Source: a virus
IMG/VR virus record: IMGVR_UViG_3300045988_082442
Coordinates: 96,001 to 160,000 of that record
Length of the DNA: 64,000 bases
Strand: one strand, 5' to 3'
In this document: piece after piece, positions 28,536 to 35,124 of the stretch
Numbering within the stretch: position 1 is the first letter of the stretch
Layout: the number at the start of each line of letters is the position of its first letter
Program-made: the position numbers and the translations under genes
Notes under the pieces: model-generated
Told to the model about the DNA's origin: nothing
What the model saw: only the letters and a program-made list of their open reading frames with translations
Database searches by the model: none

Positions 28536-28890
28536 AACATCAGAAGGTGGATTTTATGGTGTTGATATACAAGGTGATGATGCAATATTATTATGTTGTA
28601 ACAAATCAATATATGACGATGTTTCTGGTGATGAAAAAGTATTAAATGTAGTAGATGCTGAAGATATATGTGATATATTGAAACCTGGGGACTATGTAAA
28701 TGGTTGCAGAGTAGATGAAATAAATGTTAATGCTTTTGGTGGAACTATTTACTGCAATAATTATAAAGTTGTAATTCAGCCATCAGATGTTAAACAAGTT
28801 GTAACAAGGGAAAAGTTTAGTCAACAGACATTTGAACTTGAAAGAGCTTATAATAGGGTGAAAGAATTAGAATCTGGAAATGATGACTAA
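28507..28890 (+). CDS. hypothetical protein
   Basis: 127 aa; ATG 28507 after AGGAGGA. Confidence 0.5.
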   Translation: MRKIRLGWARTSEGGFYGVDIQGDDAILLCCNKSIYDDVSGDEKVLNVVDAEDICDILKPGDYVNGCRVDEINVNAFGGTIYCNNYKVVIQPSDVKQVVTREKFSQQTFELERAYNRVKELESGNDD

Positions 28891-28941
28891 AGTGCAATTT
28901 TATATTTTAAAGTGCAAAAATTGCACTTTAAAAATTTATTC

Positions 28942-28978
28942 AAAAATGCTTGACATAATTTAAAACTTATAATATACT
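28942..28978 (+). promoter_or_regulatory. class-1 conserved phage promoter copy driving CRISPR array 2
   Basis: AAAAATGCTTGACATAATTTAAAACTTATAA then TATACT; no ORF between it and the leader/array. Confidence 0.7.
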
Positions 28979-29008
28979 TATATAAGTTAAAGAATTTATA
29001 ATAAATAT

Positions 29009-29058
29009 AGAGGTAATTTTACAACCTCTGCAGAAAACTGCGAACTGTGTATTTTGAT
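29009..29058 (+). ncRNA. CRISPR leader module L2
   Basis: AGAGGT-aattttaca-ACCTCT, GCAG-aaaa-CTGC, GAACTGTGTATTTTGAT. Confidence 0.7.
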
Positions 29059-29160
29059 GTTTTATAGCTATATAGAATGGCACAGGTGTAAAAGTATACC
29101 ATTTTGGGCTTTCCAAATCTTCCTGTTTTATAGCTATATAGAATGGCACAGGTGTAAAAG
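29059..29160 (+). CRISPR. mini-array 2: 2 repeats, 1 internal 30-nt spacer (plus a degenerate repeat remnant near 29191-29220)
   Basis: GTTTTATAGCTATATAGAATGGCACAGGTGTAAAAG at 29059-29094 and 29125-29160; spacer TATACCATTTTGGGCTTTCCAAATCTTCCT; downstream ...ACATAGAATGGAATAG resembles the repeat core. Confidence 0.85.
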
Positions 29161-29215
29161 AAATTAGTTTCATGAGTTGTAGATATTTGGAATAAAACAT
29201 AGAATGGAATAGATT

Positions 29216-29773
29216 ATGAGTGATTTTAAATTTATATTGTATTTAGATATGGATGGTGTAACAGCATCATCAAGTTATATAATAAAGATACATAATTACA
29301 TAATAAATAAGGAAGATGAAAATAAAGACTGGGAATATAGAAACTTTATGCAAAATTGGTGTTTTCAGAAGGAAGCAGTAGAATGCTTAAATTCTATATA
29401 TGATATAATACCATATAAAATAGTTCTATCAACTACAAGAAGATTTGAACTGGATATAAATGGATGGAACACAGTATTTAAGATAAATAAGATTAAAGCA
29501 AAAATAATAGGAAGAACATCTAAATGTGCATTTGATAAGAATAAATATACTTGGAGAGAAGATGAGATATATAAATATCATTATATAGACCATGACCTAA
29601 AGGACGTACCATTGATAATAATAGATGACGATAGCTTTGATTTACAGAAGTTTGAAGATAAACTAATAAAGGTAGATGGTACAGAAGGACTAACAATGAA
29701 ATACTATAAAGAAATATTAGATAAATTATATAAACAAGGTATTATGTATAAGGGGGATAGTAATGAGTATTGA
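29216..29773 (+). CDS. HAD-superfamily hydrolase-like protein
   Basis: Motif I LDMDGV, motif II LSTTRR, acidic IIIDDD. Confidence 0.5.
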   Translation: MSDFKFILYLDMDGVTASSSYIIKIHNYIINKEDENKDWEYRNFMQNWCFQKEAVECLNSIYDIIPYKIVLSTTRRFELDINGWNTVFKINKIKAKIIGRTSKCAFDKNKYTWREDEIYKYHYIDHDLKDVPLIIIDDDSFDLQKFEDKLIKVDGTEGLTMKYYKEILDKLYKQGIMYKGDSNEY

Positions 29774-30041
29774 ACAAAAAGTTAAAGAGTATATAGATAA
29801 CTGGAATTTAGGAGAATTGTCTGAAAGAGAACTTATAGATTTTATAAATTCATCTGAATCAGATTTATTTACTGGAAAAGATGTTGAGGATAATGACATA
29901 TCTATAATTATAAATAAAGGTGTAAACATAGAGTATAGAACATATCAGTCAAATGGCTGGATAAGAATAAATAGATATGAATTAGCAGAAGATGATGAGG
30001 GAAATACTATAATTGTCGAATCAGAGTCTTATGATAAATAA
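29763..30041 (+). CDS. hypothetical protein
   Basis: 92-aa ORF. Confidence 0.5.
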   Translation: MSIEQKVKEYIDNWNLGELSERELIDFINSSESDLFTGKDVEDNDISIIINKGVNIEYRTYQSNGWIRINRYELAEDDEGNTIIVESESYDK

Positions 30042-30048
30042 TAAATAT

Positions 30049-30099
30049 AAGGGTAGTTTTACAATCCTTGCAAGAAATTGTGAACTGTGATATTTTGAT
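30049..30099 (+). ncRNA. CRISPR leader module L3
   Basis: AAGGGT-agttttaca-ATCCTT, GCAA-gaaa-TTGT, GAACTGTGATATTTTGAT. Confidence 0.7.
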
Positions 30100-30325
30100 G
30101 TTTTATAGCTATATAAAATGACACAGATGTGAAAGACACAATTGTTTAAATCTTTTAAAATTTGATGTTTTAGAGCTGTATAAAATAACACAGGTGTGAA
30201 AGGAACGATGTAACTTCTAACAATGAAAAGAGGTTTTAGAGCTGTATAAAATAACACAGGTGTGAAAGGCATTAGTTACTGTGTGTTTTGTTTTAGAGCT
30301 GTATAAAATAACACAAGCGTGAAAG
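30100..30325 (+). CRISPR. mini-array 3: 4 repeats of two subtypes; spacers 31, 30 and 21 nt (degenerate terminal repeat near 30353-30388)
   Basis: R1 GTTTTATAGCTATATAAAATGACACAGATGTGAAAG (30100); R2-R3 GTTTTAGAGCTGTATAAAATAACACAGGTGTGAAAG (30167, 30233); R4 differs only in its tail, ...ACACAAGCGTGAAAG (30290). Confidence 0.85.
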
Positions 30326-30390
30326 TATTTTGAAGATAGTGATGATGTTTTTTGTTTTATAAATATACAAAATATAATAAAATAATTTAA

Positions 30391-30427
30391 TAAAATACTT
30401 GACAAAATTTAAAACTTATTATAGAAT
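30391..30427 (+). promoter_or_regulatory. class-1 conserved phage promoter copy
   Basis: TAAAATACTTGACAAAATTTAAAACTTATTA then TAGAAT. Confidence 0.65.
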
Positions 30428-30455
30428 AGATACAGTTAAAAGAAGGAGGTGCTTT

Positions 30456-32003
30456 ATGGAAGATAGAGATAGAACAGAGCATGTATTCAAGAGTATAAAA
30501 TATCATTTGAATAAACTAAAAGACGCAAGACCAGAATATGAATTTTTAATGATAGCAGCACAGGGTAGTCAGAACTATAATTTAGATTTATATACAGAAG
30601 AATATAAATCAGATGTAGATACAGTAGCAATAGTATTACCCCCAGTAGAAGATATTATAAATAATGCACCATTTGTTAGTGAGACAATAATCTTAGGAAA
30701 TAATGAACATATAGATGTAAAAGATTTAAGACAAATAATAGAGTTATTTAAGAAACAGAATATTAAATACTTAGAGATATTATTTACTAAATTTAGAATA
30801 ATCAATAGTAAATATAAAGATGAAGTACTAGAGTTATTGAATAATGCTGATAATATAGCTAAATTAAACCCAAAGAAATTAGTAACTAGCTCATTTGGAA
30901 TGCAGTTAGAAAAGCATAAAGCATTAGAACATCCTTATGAGGGATTAAAAGAGAAAATATCTAAATATGGGTATGATGGAAAGCAATTACACCATATAAT
31001 AAGACTAACACATTTTGTAAATAGGTATATTAAAGACTTAGATTTTAGAAATGCAATGAACTTTGAAGATATAGATGATAATATATATAATGATTTAATA
31101 AAAGCTAAGTTAAATAAATATAGTTTAGATATGGCAAGAAGTGAGGCATTAACACAGACACAAAGATTAATGAACATAAAAGATGAGTTTGTATTATCTT
31201 ATAAAGACCTAGATACATCTAATACATTAGAGTTTCTAAGTACAATAAAGAATAAAATATTTAATAAATATCTTGAATACAAATTTACACCAGAAGATAA
31301 GATAGAAAAACCTATACTAATACCATCAGCAGATAGAATATTTGTAACATCTGATTTACATTTTGGGCATTCAAATATATTAAAATATGAACCTAAAAGA
31401 TGGGAACTAACAGGTACAACTGAATTAAAAGCAATAAGTGAAACATTAATAGATGAAGGATTTACAAATGAAGAAATATCTAATATGCCAGATGATTTAT
31501 GGGATAAATATAGAAATATAACCTGTAATAAATATATGGAAAAACATGATAAAGAACTTATTAGAAGATGGAATGAGAGAGTAAAAGAAGATGACCTTGT
31601 ATTTATATTAGGTGATTTATCTTTCAGAACTGGTACAGAAACAAATAAAATATTAAAACAGTTAAAAGGTAGAAAGGTATTGATAAAAGGTAATCATGAG
31701 AATATCTGGATGAATAAGAATGCTGACCTATCATTATTTGAAGAAATAGTCGATTATAAAGAGATAAAGGTAGATAAATGTATGTTTTGCATGTCACATT
31801 ATCCATTTAGAGTATGGAACCAACAGCATAATGGCTCAATACAATTATTTGGACATATACATAGTAATGAAACAACAAGCCATCCAATGAAAGAAGAAAT
31901 ACCTTATTCATATAATGTAGGTGTAGATGTAAATAATTATTATCCAGTAAGTCTAAAAGACTATGTAGTGACATCTAACTACTGTAATGAATTAGAGATA
32001 TAA
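30456..32003 (+). CDS. fusion protein: RlaP-like nucleotidyltransferase plus metallophosphoesterase
   Basis: ATG 30456 after AAGGAGG; N-terminal AAQGSQNYNLDL...SDVDT (PF10127-like); C-terminal SDLHFGH, LGDLS, GNHE, GHIH. Confidence 0.6.
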   Translation: MEDRDRTEHVFKSIKYHLNKLKDARPEYEFLMIAAQGSQNYNLDLYTEEYKSDVDTVAIVLPPVEDIINNAPFVSETIILGNNEHIDVKDLRQIIELFKKQNIKYLEILFTKFRIINSKYKDEVLELLNNADNIAKLNPKKLVTSSFGMQLEKHKALEHPYEGLKEKISKYGYDGKQLHHIIRLTHFVNRYIKDLDFRNAMNFEDIDDNIYNDLIKAKLNKYSLDMARSEALTQTQRLMNIKDEFVLSYKDLDTSNTLEFLSTIKNKIFNKYLEYKFTPEDKIEKPILIPSADRIFVTSDLHFGHSNILKYEPKRWELTGTTELKAISETLIDEGFTNEEISNMPDDLWDKYRNITCNKYMEKHDKELIRRWNERVKEDDLVFILGDLSFRTGTETNKILKQLKGRKVLIKGNHENIWMNKNADLSLFEEIVDYKEIKVDKCMFCMSHYPFRVWNQQHNGSIQLFGHIHSNETTSHPMKEEIPYSYNVGVDVNNYYPVSLKDYVVTSNYCNELEI

Positions 32004-32073
32004 AAATGTTCAGTAAGATGTTAATAAGAATGTAAGTAAGTTTTCTGGTATCTTGATAAAAACCAGAATATAT

Positions 32074-32146
32074 CTCCTTATGGTGTAATAGGCAAACACG
32101 CTACTGAGTGGTGGTAGAATTATAGGTTCGAGCCCTGTTGGGGAGG
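32074..32146 (+). ncRNA. tRNA-like element A (non-canonical anticodon loop, no encoded CCA)
   Basis: Acceptor CTCCTTA/TGGGGAG, D arm GTGT/ACAC, T arm ATAGG-TTCGAGC-CCTGT are good; anticodon stem CTACT/GGTAG closes the loop GAGTGGT, which lacks U33. Confidence 0.5.
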
Positions 32147-32180
32147 ATAAATTCTATATATAGAATAATGTGTTACGCAG

Positions 32181-32266
32181 TATCTGTATTATAAGGTGAC
32201 AAGTACACAGGACGCTGTGGAGGGTTTCAATTCCTGGTAGTTGATTAGGTCTACAAAATACAGATA
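32181..32266 (+). ncRNA. unassigned structured element B (10-bp closing stem)
   Basis: TATCTGTATT (32181-90) pairs with AATACAGATA (32257-66); internal hairpins CACAG-gacg-CTGTG and GTAG...CTAC; not foldable by eye as a tRNA. Confidence 0.35.
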
Positions 32267-32272
32267 TAATAT

Positions 32273-32344
32273 CAGGTGGTAGTTGATAGGAAAACACTTC
32301 TACTAATGTATGAAGAGATGCTGGTTCGAATCCAGCCCTCCTGA
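32273..32344 (+). ncRNA. tRNA-like element C (acceptor/T-arm minihelix intact, D and anticodon arms degenerate)
   Basis: Acceptor CAGGTGG/CCTCCTG (one U-U), T arm GCTGG-TTCGAAT-CCAGC; no convincing 5-bp anticodon stem or 7-nt loop. Confidence 0.45.
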
Positions 32345-32357
32345 CCTTTTCAAAAAT

Positions 32358-32443
32358 GCAAGTATATCTCAACGGCAGAGCAGCCTCCAGTTGGGGGTGA
32401 AAAGTAGCATACGATTGTGTAGGTTCGAATCCTACTACTTGCA
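32358..32443 (+). ncRNA. tRNA-like element D (long variable region, non-canonical anticodon arm, no CCA)
   Basis: Perfect acceptor GCAAGTA/TACTTGC, T arm GTAGG-TTCGAAT-CCTAC, D arm CTC-aacggca-GAG; the central region does not give a standard anticodon arm. Confidence 0.5.
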
Positions 32444-32446
32444 ACC

Positions 32447-32489
32447 TAAAAATGACACAGATGTAAAAGAATATATTCATAGGTTATAT
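32447..32489 (+). CRISPR. solitary crRNA-like unit: repeat 3' handle (23 nt) plus a 20-nt guide, flanked by tRNA-like D and tRNA-Trp
   Basis: TAAAAATGACACAGATGTAAAAG (32447-32469) matches the 3' part of the array repeats; followed by AATATATTCATAGGTTATAT, ending one base before tRNA-Trp position 1. Confidence 0.65.
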
Positions 32490-32564
32490 AGGAGCTTGGT
32501 GTCAATGGTAGCACGACAGTCTCCAAAACTGTGAGTGAGAGTTCAAATCTTTCAGCTCCTGCCA
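32490..32564 (+). tRNA. tRNA-Trp (anticodon CCA), CCA encoded
   Basis: Acceptor AGGAGCT/AGCTCCT, D arm GTGT/GCAC, anticodon arm ACAGT-CTCCAAA-ACTGT, T arm GAGAG-TTCAAAT-CTTTC, G73, CCA. Confidence 0.85.
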
Positions 32565-32778
32565 ACATATCAATAATTCTAAATAAAATAAAAATAATCA
32601 GATTGGGTTTGGTACACCTGTAAGTTTGGGTATAGATATGGTCCTAAAAGGTCAGTCTTGATTATGCACAGAGATGTGCTGGCGAACGGTGAATTATTGA
32701 TATAAACAGATTGGATTATAACCTCTATAAGTTCAAGATAGAATGGGCTTGAAATACAATCTGTCAGTAATTTAATAT

Positions 32779-32864
32779 GGGTAGTTGGGTGAGTGGCTAA
32801 AACCATCAGACTGTAAATCTGACCTCATTTGAGTTCCCTAGTTCGAATCTAGGACTACCCACCA
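32779..32864 (+). tRNA. tRNA-Tyr (anticodon GTA), long variable arm, CCA encoded
   Basis: Acceptor GGGTAGT/ACTACCC, anticodon arm TCAGA-CTGTAAA-TCTGA, variable arm CCTCATTTGAGTTC, T arm CCTAG-TTCGAAT-CTAGG, A73, CCA. Confidence 0.85.
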
Positions 32865-32868
32865 GTAA

Positions 32869-32918
32869 AAGGGCAATTTTACAGCCCTTGCAGGAAACTG
32901 TGAACTGTGTATTCTGAT
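32869..32918 (+). ncRNA. CRISPR leader module L4
   Basis: AAGGGC-aattttaca-GCCCTT, GCAG-gaaa-CTGT, GAACTGTGTATTCTGAT; begins 5 nt after the tRNA-Tyr CCA. Confidence 0.7.
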
Positions 32919-32919
32919 A

Positions 32920-33144
32920 TTTTTATAGCTATATGAAATAATACAGGTGTAAAAGTGTTCTAACTGTTTTAGAGTATAATCGTTTGTTTTACAGATATAT
33001 GAAATAACACAGGTGTAAAAGCTAGACTGTAAATCTGGTCTCATTTGAGTTACTTTGTAGTTATATGAAATAGCACAGATGTAAAATTGGATAATATGTT
33101 CTGAATTGTTTTATAGCTATACAGAAATGACATGGATGTAAGAG
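32920..33144 (+). CRISPR. mini-array 4: 4 diverged repeats; spacers 30, 30 and 20 nt; directly upstream of the effector gene
   Basis: R1 TTTTTATAGCTATATGAAATAATACAGGTGTAAAAG (32920), R2 GTTTTACAGATATATGAAATAACACAGGTGTAAAAG (32986), R3 ACTTTGTAGTTATATGAAATAGCACAGATGTAAAAT (33052), R4 GTTTTATAGCTATACAGAAATGACATGGATGTAAGAG (33108). Confidence 0.8.
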
Positions 33145-33201
33145 TTACGGCTAGGTATAGACATCAATAGTGATAAATAATTTATTTGGGGGTTAAAAAA
33201 A

Positions 33202-35007
33202 ATGAAAAGAAAAGAGTTAAACGAAGGAGTTCACTGTGTAGAATATGCTTTAATGCACATACCAGATGAATATAAGGAATTGTTAGAAAGACAATATAAT
33301 TATATGGAAGATTTCAAGAATGGCTTTATTAGTTATATGTGGAGATATATTTCAAAGCAACGAAAGGAAAACGAAGAATTTGATAAAGCCATGGCTGAAG
33401 TTAGATACTTAAATACAAAGGAAGGAAGAATTATAAAGAAGGATGAACGCTCTAATAGACTAAGTAAAGCATATACAACAATAGGTAATTTTGTAAAAGA
33501 AACAAAGTTATTAGATTCTGGAAGTAGACGAAAAGAATACTACAGTACAGTAAAAAATGTTTATTATGCTTGGATACCAGATGATAGTAGGTCTTATGCA
33601 ATAGATGATGTTTTATCAGCATTTGAAGTATTCTTCTTTGATAGGGGTAAAGCAGTATTCCAAAAGAAATATGGTCATACAAAAATATTACAATTTAAAC
33701 CAGCATACAGTAGAATGAAGAGTACTGGTGAAATCAATACAATAGTACAAACACCTAGCAGAGTTGTATTTGAAAATGGAAATCCTTATTTTGAAATGTG
33801 GGATTTAAGAGATTTAAAAGATATACCAGAAGAAGAATGTCAAAAAGGTAAAAGACATAGTAAGATAAGATTTAGAATGTATTGTAATGATAAAGATGAG
33901 TTACAAAGTTATATAAAAACAAACCCATACATAGGTGGAACTAAGTTATTAAGATACTGGAAGAAGGGAAAATGGAGATATAGAGTTCAATTAAACTTTG
34001 AAGCAATATCACCAGCAGTAAAACAAATGAGCAACGAAGAGCATATAATGGGAATAGACTTAGGTACAGAAACAATAGCTTGGGTAAGAGATGATGGAGA
34101 ACAAGCAATATGGGAGTTATCACCAGATACACCAAGGGTAACAGAAGAAATAAAGGAAATAGATGTATATTTAGATAATTCAAGAAGGGCTATGAATCCA
34201 GAATTATTTAGGGAAGATGGTACTAGAATAAGTAATAGGGAAGCTAGGGAATTAGGATTAGAAGAAAAGCATTCAAAAAGATATATAAAAGCAGCAGCAA
34301 GAAGAAAAGAATGTTTTAGATATTTAGGAGAAAAAAGAAAACTAAATAACAGAATCCTAGCTAAAAAGTTATTTGAATTAGGTAATGAGTTTCATATAGA
34401 AAATAATAAGGTTTCATCTTGGATGTTAAAAAGATGTCACATGGCTCTTAAAACAGCAATGAAATATGCTTCTGGAGCAAGAGCAAGTGATTATGGGAAA
34501 GTTGTAGCAGATAGAGCCCCAGGAATGATAGATGCAAGATTATCTCAATTAGCAGGACAAAAAGGACTTTCATACCATAAAATTGAGAAGATAGAAGGTT
34601 TTAAATGCACAGAATATAATCATTTTACGGATAAGAATGATTTATTCCAATATCTAAATGACAGAATTGTAGTATTAGATGTTGACAGTGTAAATGATGT
34701 CTATAAAGAGTTTATTACTGATTTTGGTGATACAATTACTGATTTAAAAATAGACGGAAAAGACATAATACTACAAAGAGATTTATATGCAGCAGCAAAA
34801 TTAGTTTATTGCACACCATATAAAGAAACTATTGTGAATAGTAAAGGTAGAAAGGTAGAAGTAACAAGATATAAATTTGATAGAGAAGGGTTTAGCAAAT
34901 TCTTTGTTGAGAAATTTTATCCAAAACATTTAGAGTATATAATGAATCTAAGGGCTGAGTTAGCTAATGGTAAGAAGCTAAGTGGTACTGTATTTGGTAA
35001 TATTTAA
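33202..35007 (+). CDS. compact TnpB/Cas12-like RuvC nuclease (putative type V-like single effector, 601 aa)
   Basis: RuvC-I HIMGIDLGTETIAW (D286), RuvC-II GNEFHIENNKVSSWM (E400), RuvC-III DIILQRDLYAAAKL (D527); TnpB-like order of basic helices between motifs; no CxxC zinc finger in the lid/Nuc region; flanked by array 4 and a solo leader. Confidence 0.75.
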   Translation: MKRKELNEGVHCVEYALMHIPDEYKELLERQYNYMEDFKNGFISYMWRYISKQRKENEEFDKAMAEVRYLNTKEGRIIKKDERSNRLSKAYTTIGNFVKETKLLDSGSRRKEYYSTVKNVYYAWIPDDSRSYAIDDVLSAFEVFFFDRGKAVFQKKYGHTKILQFKPAYSRMKSTGEINTIVQTPSRVVFENGNPYFEMWDLRDLKDIPEEECQKGKRHSKIRFRMYCNDKDELQSYIKTNPYIGGTKLLRYWKKGKWRYRVQLNFEAISPAVKQMSNEEHIMGIDLGTETIAWVRDDGEQAIWELSPDTPRVTEEIKEIDVYLDNSRRAMNPELFREDGTRISNREARELGLEEKHSKRYIKAAARRKECFRYLGEKRKLNNRILAKKLFELGNEFHIENNKVSSWMLKRCHMALKTAMKYASGARASDYGKVVADRAPGMIDARLSQLAGQKGLSYHKIEKIEGFKCTEYNHFTDKNDLFQYLNDRIVVLDVDSVNDVYKEFITDFGDTITDLKIDGKDIILQRDLYAAAKLVYCTPYKETIVNSKGRKVEVTRYKFDREGFSKFFVEKFYPKHLEYIMNLRAELANGKKLSGTVFGNI

Positions 35008-35017
35008 TATAAATTAT

Positions 35018-35089
35018 AGGGTAATTTTACAGCCCTTGCAGGAAACTGCAAATAAAATATCATTTTAAAGCTCTATGATATTGTAAAAG
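35018..35089 (+). ncRNA. solo leader module L5 plus truncated degenerate repeat
   Basis: AGGGT-aattttaca-GCCCT, GCAG-gaaa-CTGC, then ATTTTAAAGCTCTATGATATTGTAAAAG (35062-35089), which resembles the repeat ends. Confidence 0.6.
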
Positions 35090-35124
35090 AAACTGATTTA
35101 AAAATCAGTTTGTATATTCTTTTT
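35090..35124 (+). terminator. intrinsic terminator
   Basis: AAACTGATTT-aa-AAATCAGTTT followed by GTATATTCTTTTT. Confidence 0.65.

Noticed and set aside
30167-30202. The repeat begins GTTTTAGAGCTGTA, reminiscent of type II-A (Cas9) repeats. I considered a type II system with a tracrRNA.
   Set aside because: No Cas9-sized or HNH-plus-RuvC ORF is in the window, and no convincing anti-repeat was found. Promoter position, distal repeat decay and the tRNA-flanked half-repeat unit all indicate a handle-5'/guide-3' architecture, unlike type II. The resemblance may still reflect the ancestry of the repeats.
32043-32070. Hairpin TTCTGGT-atcttgataaaa-ACCAGAA after gene 30456..32003, considered as an intrinsic terminator separating that gene from the tRNA/CRISPR/effector block.
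   Set aside because: No U-tract follows (the next bases are TATATCTCC), so termination is doubtful. The tRNA-array-effector unit may be read through from the 30391 promoter.
32074-32146. Calling tRNA-like A a tRNA-His, since GTG is at the anticodon position.
   Set aside because: Loop positions 32/33 are G and A with no U33. The discriminator is G rather than the C73 that pairs with G-1 in bacterial tRNA-His, and no CCA is encoded. This needs tRNAscan-SE before any isotype is assigned.
32147-32180. A possible degenerate repeat between tRNA-like A and element B (shares TATATAGAAT with the array-2 repeat).
   Set aside because: Only a 10-nt AT-rich match. The flanking 3' part (AATGTGTTACGCAG) does not resemble the conserved CACAG(A/G)TGT(G/A)AAAG tail.
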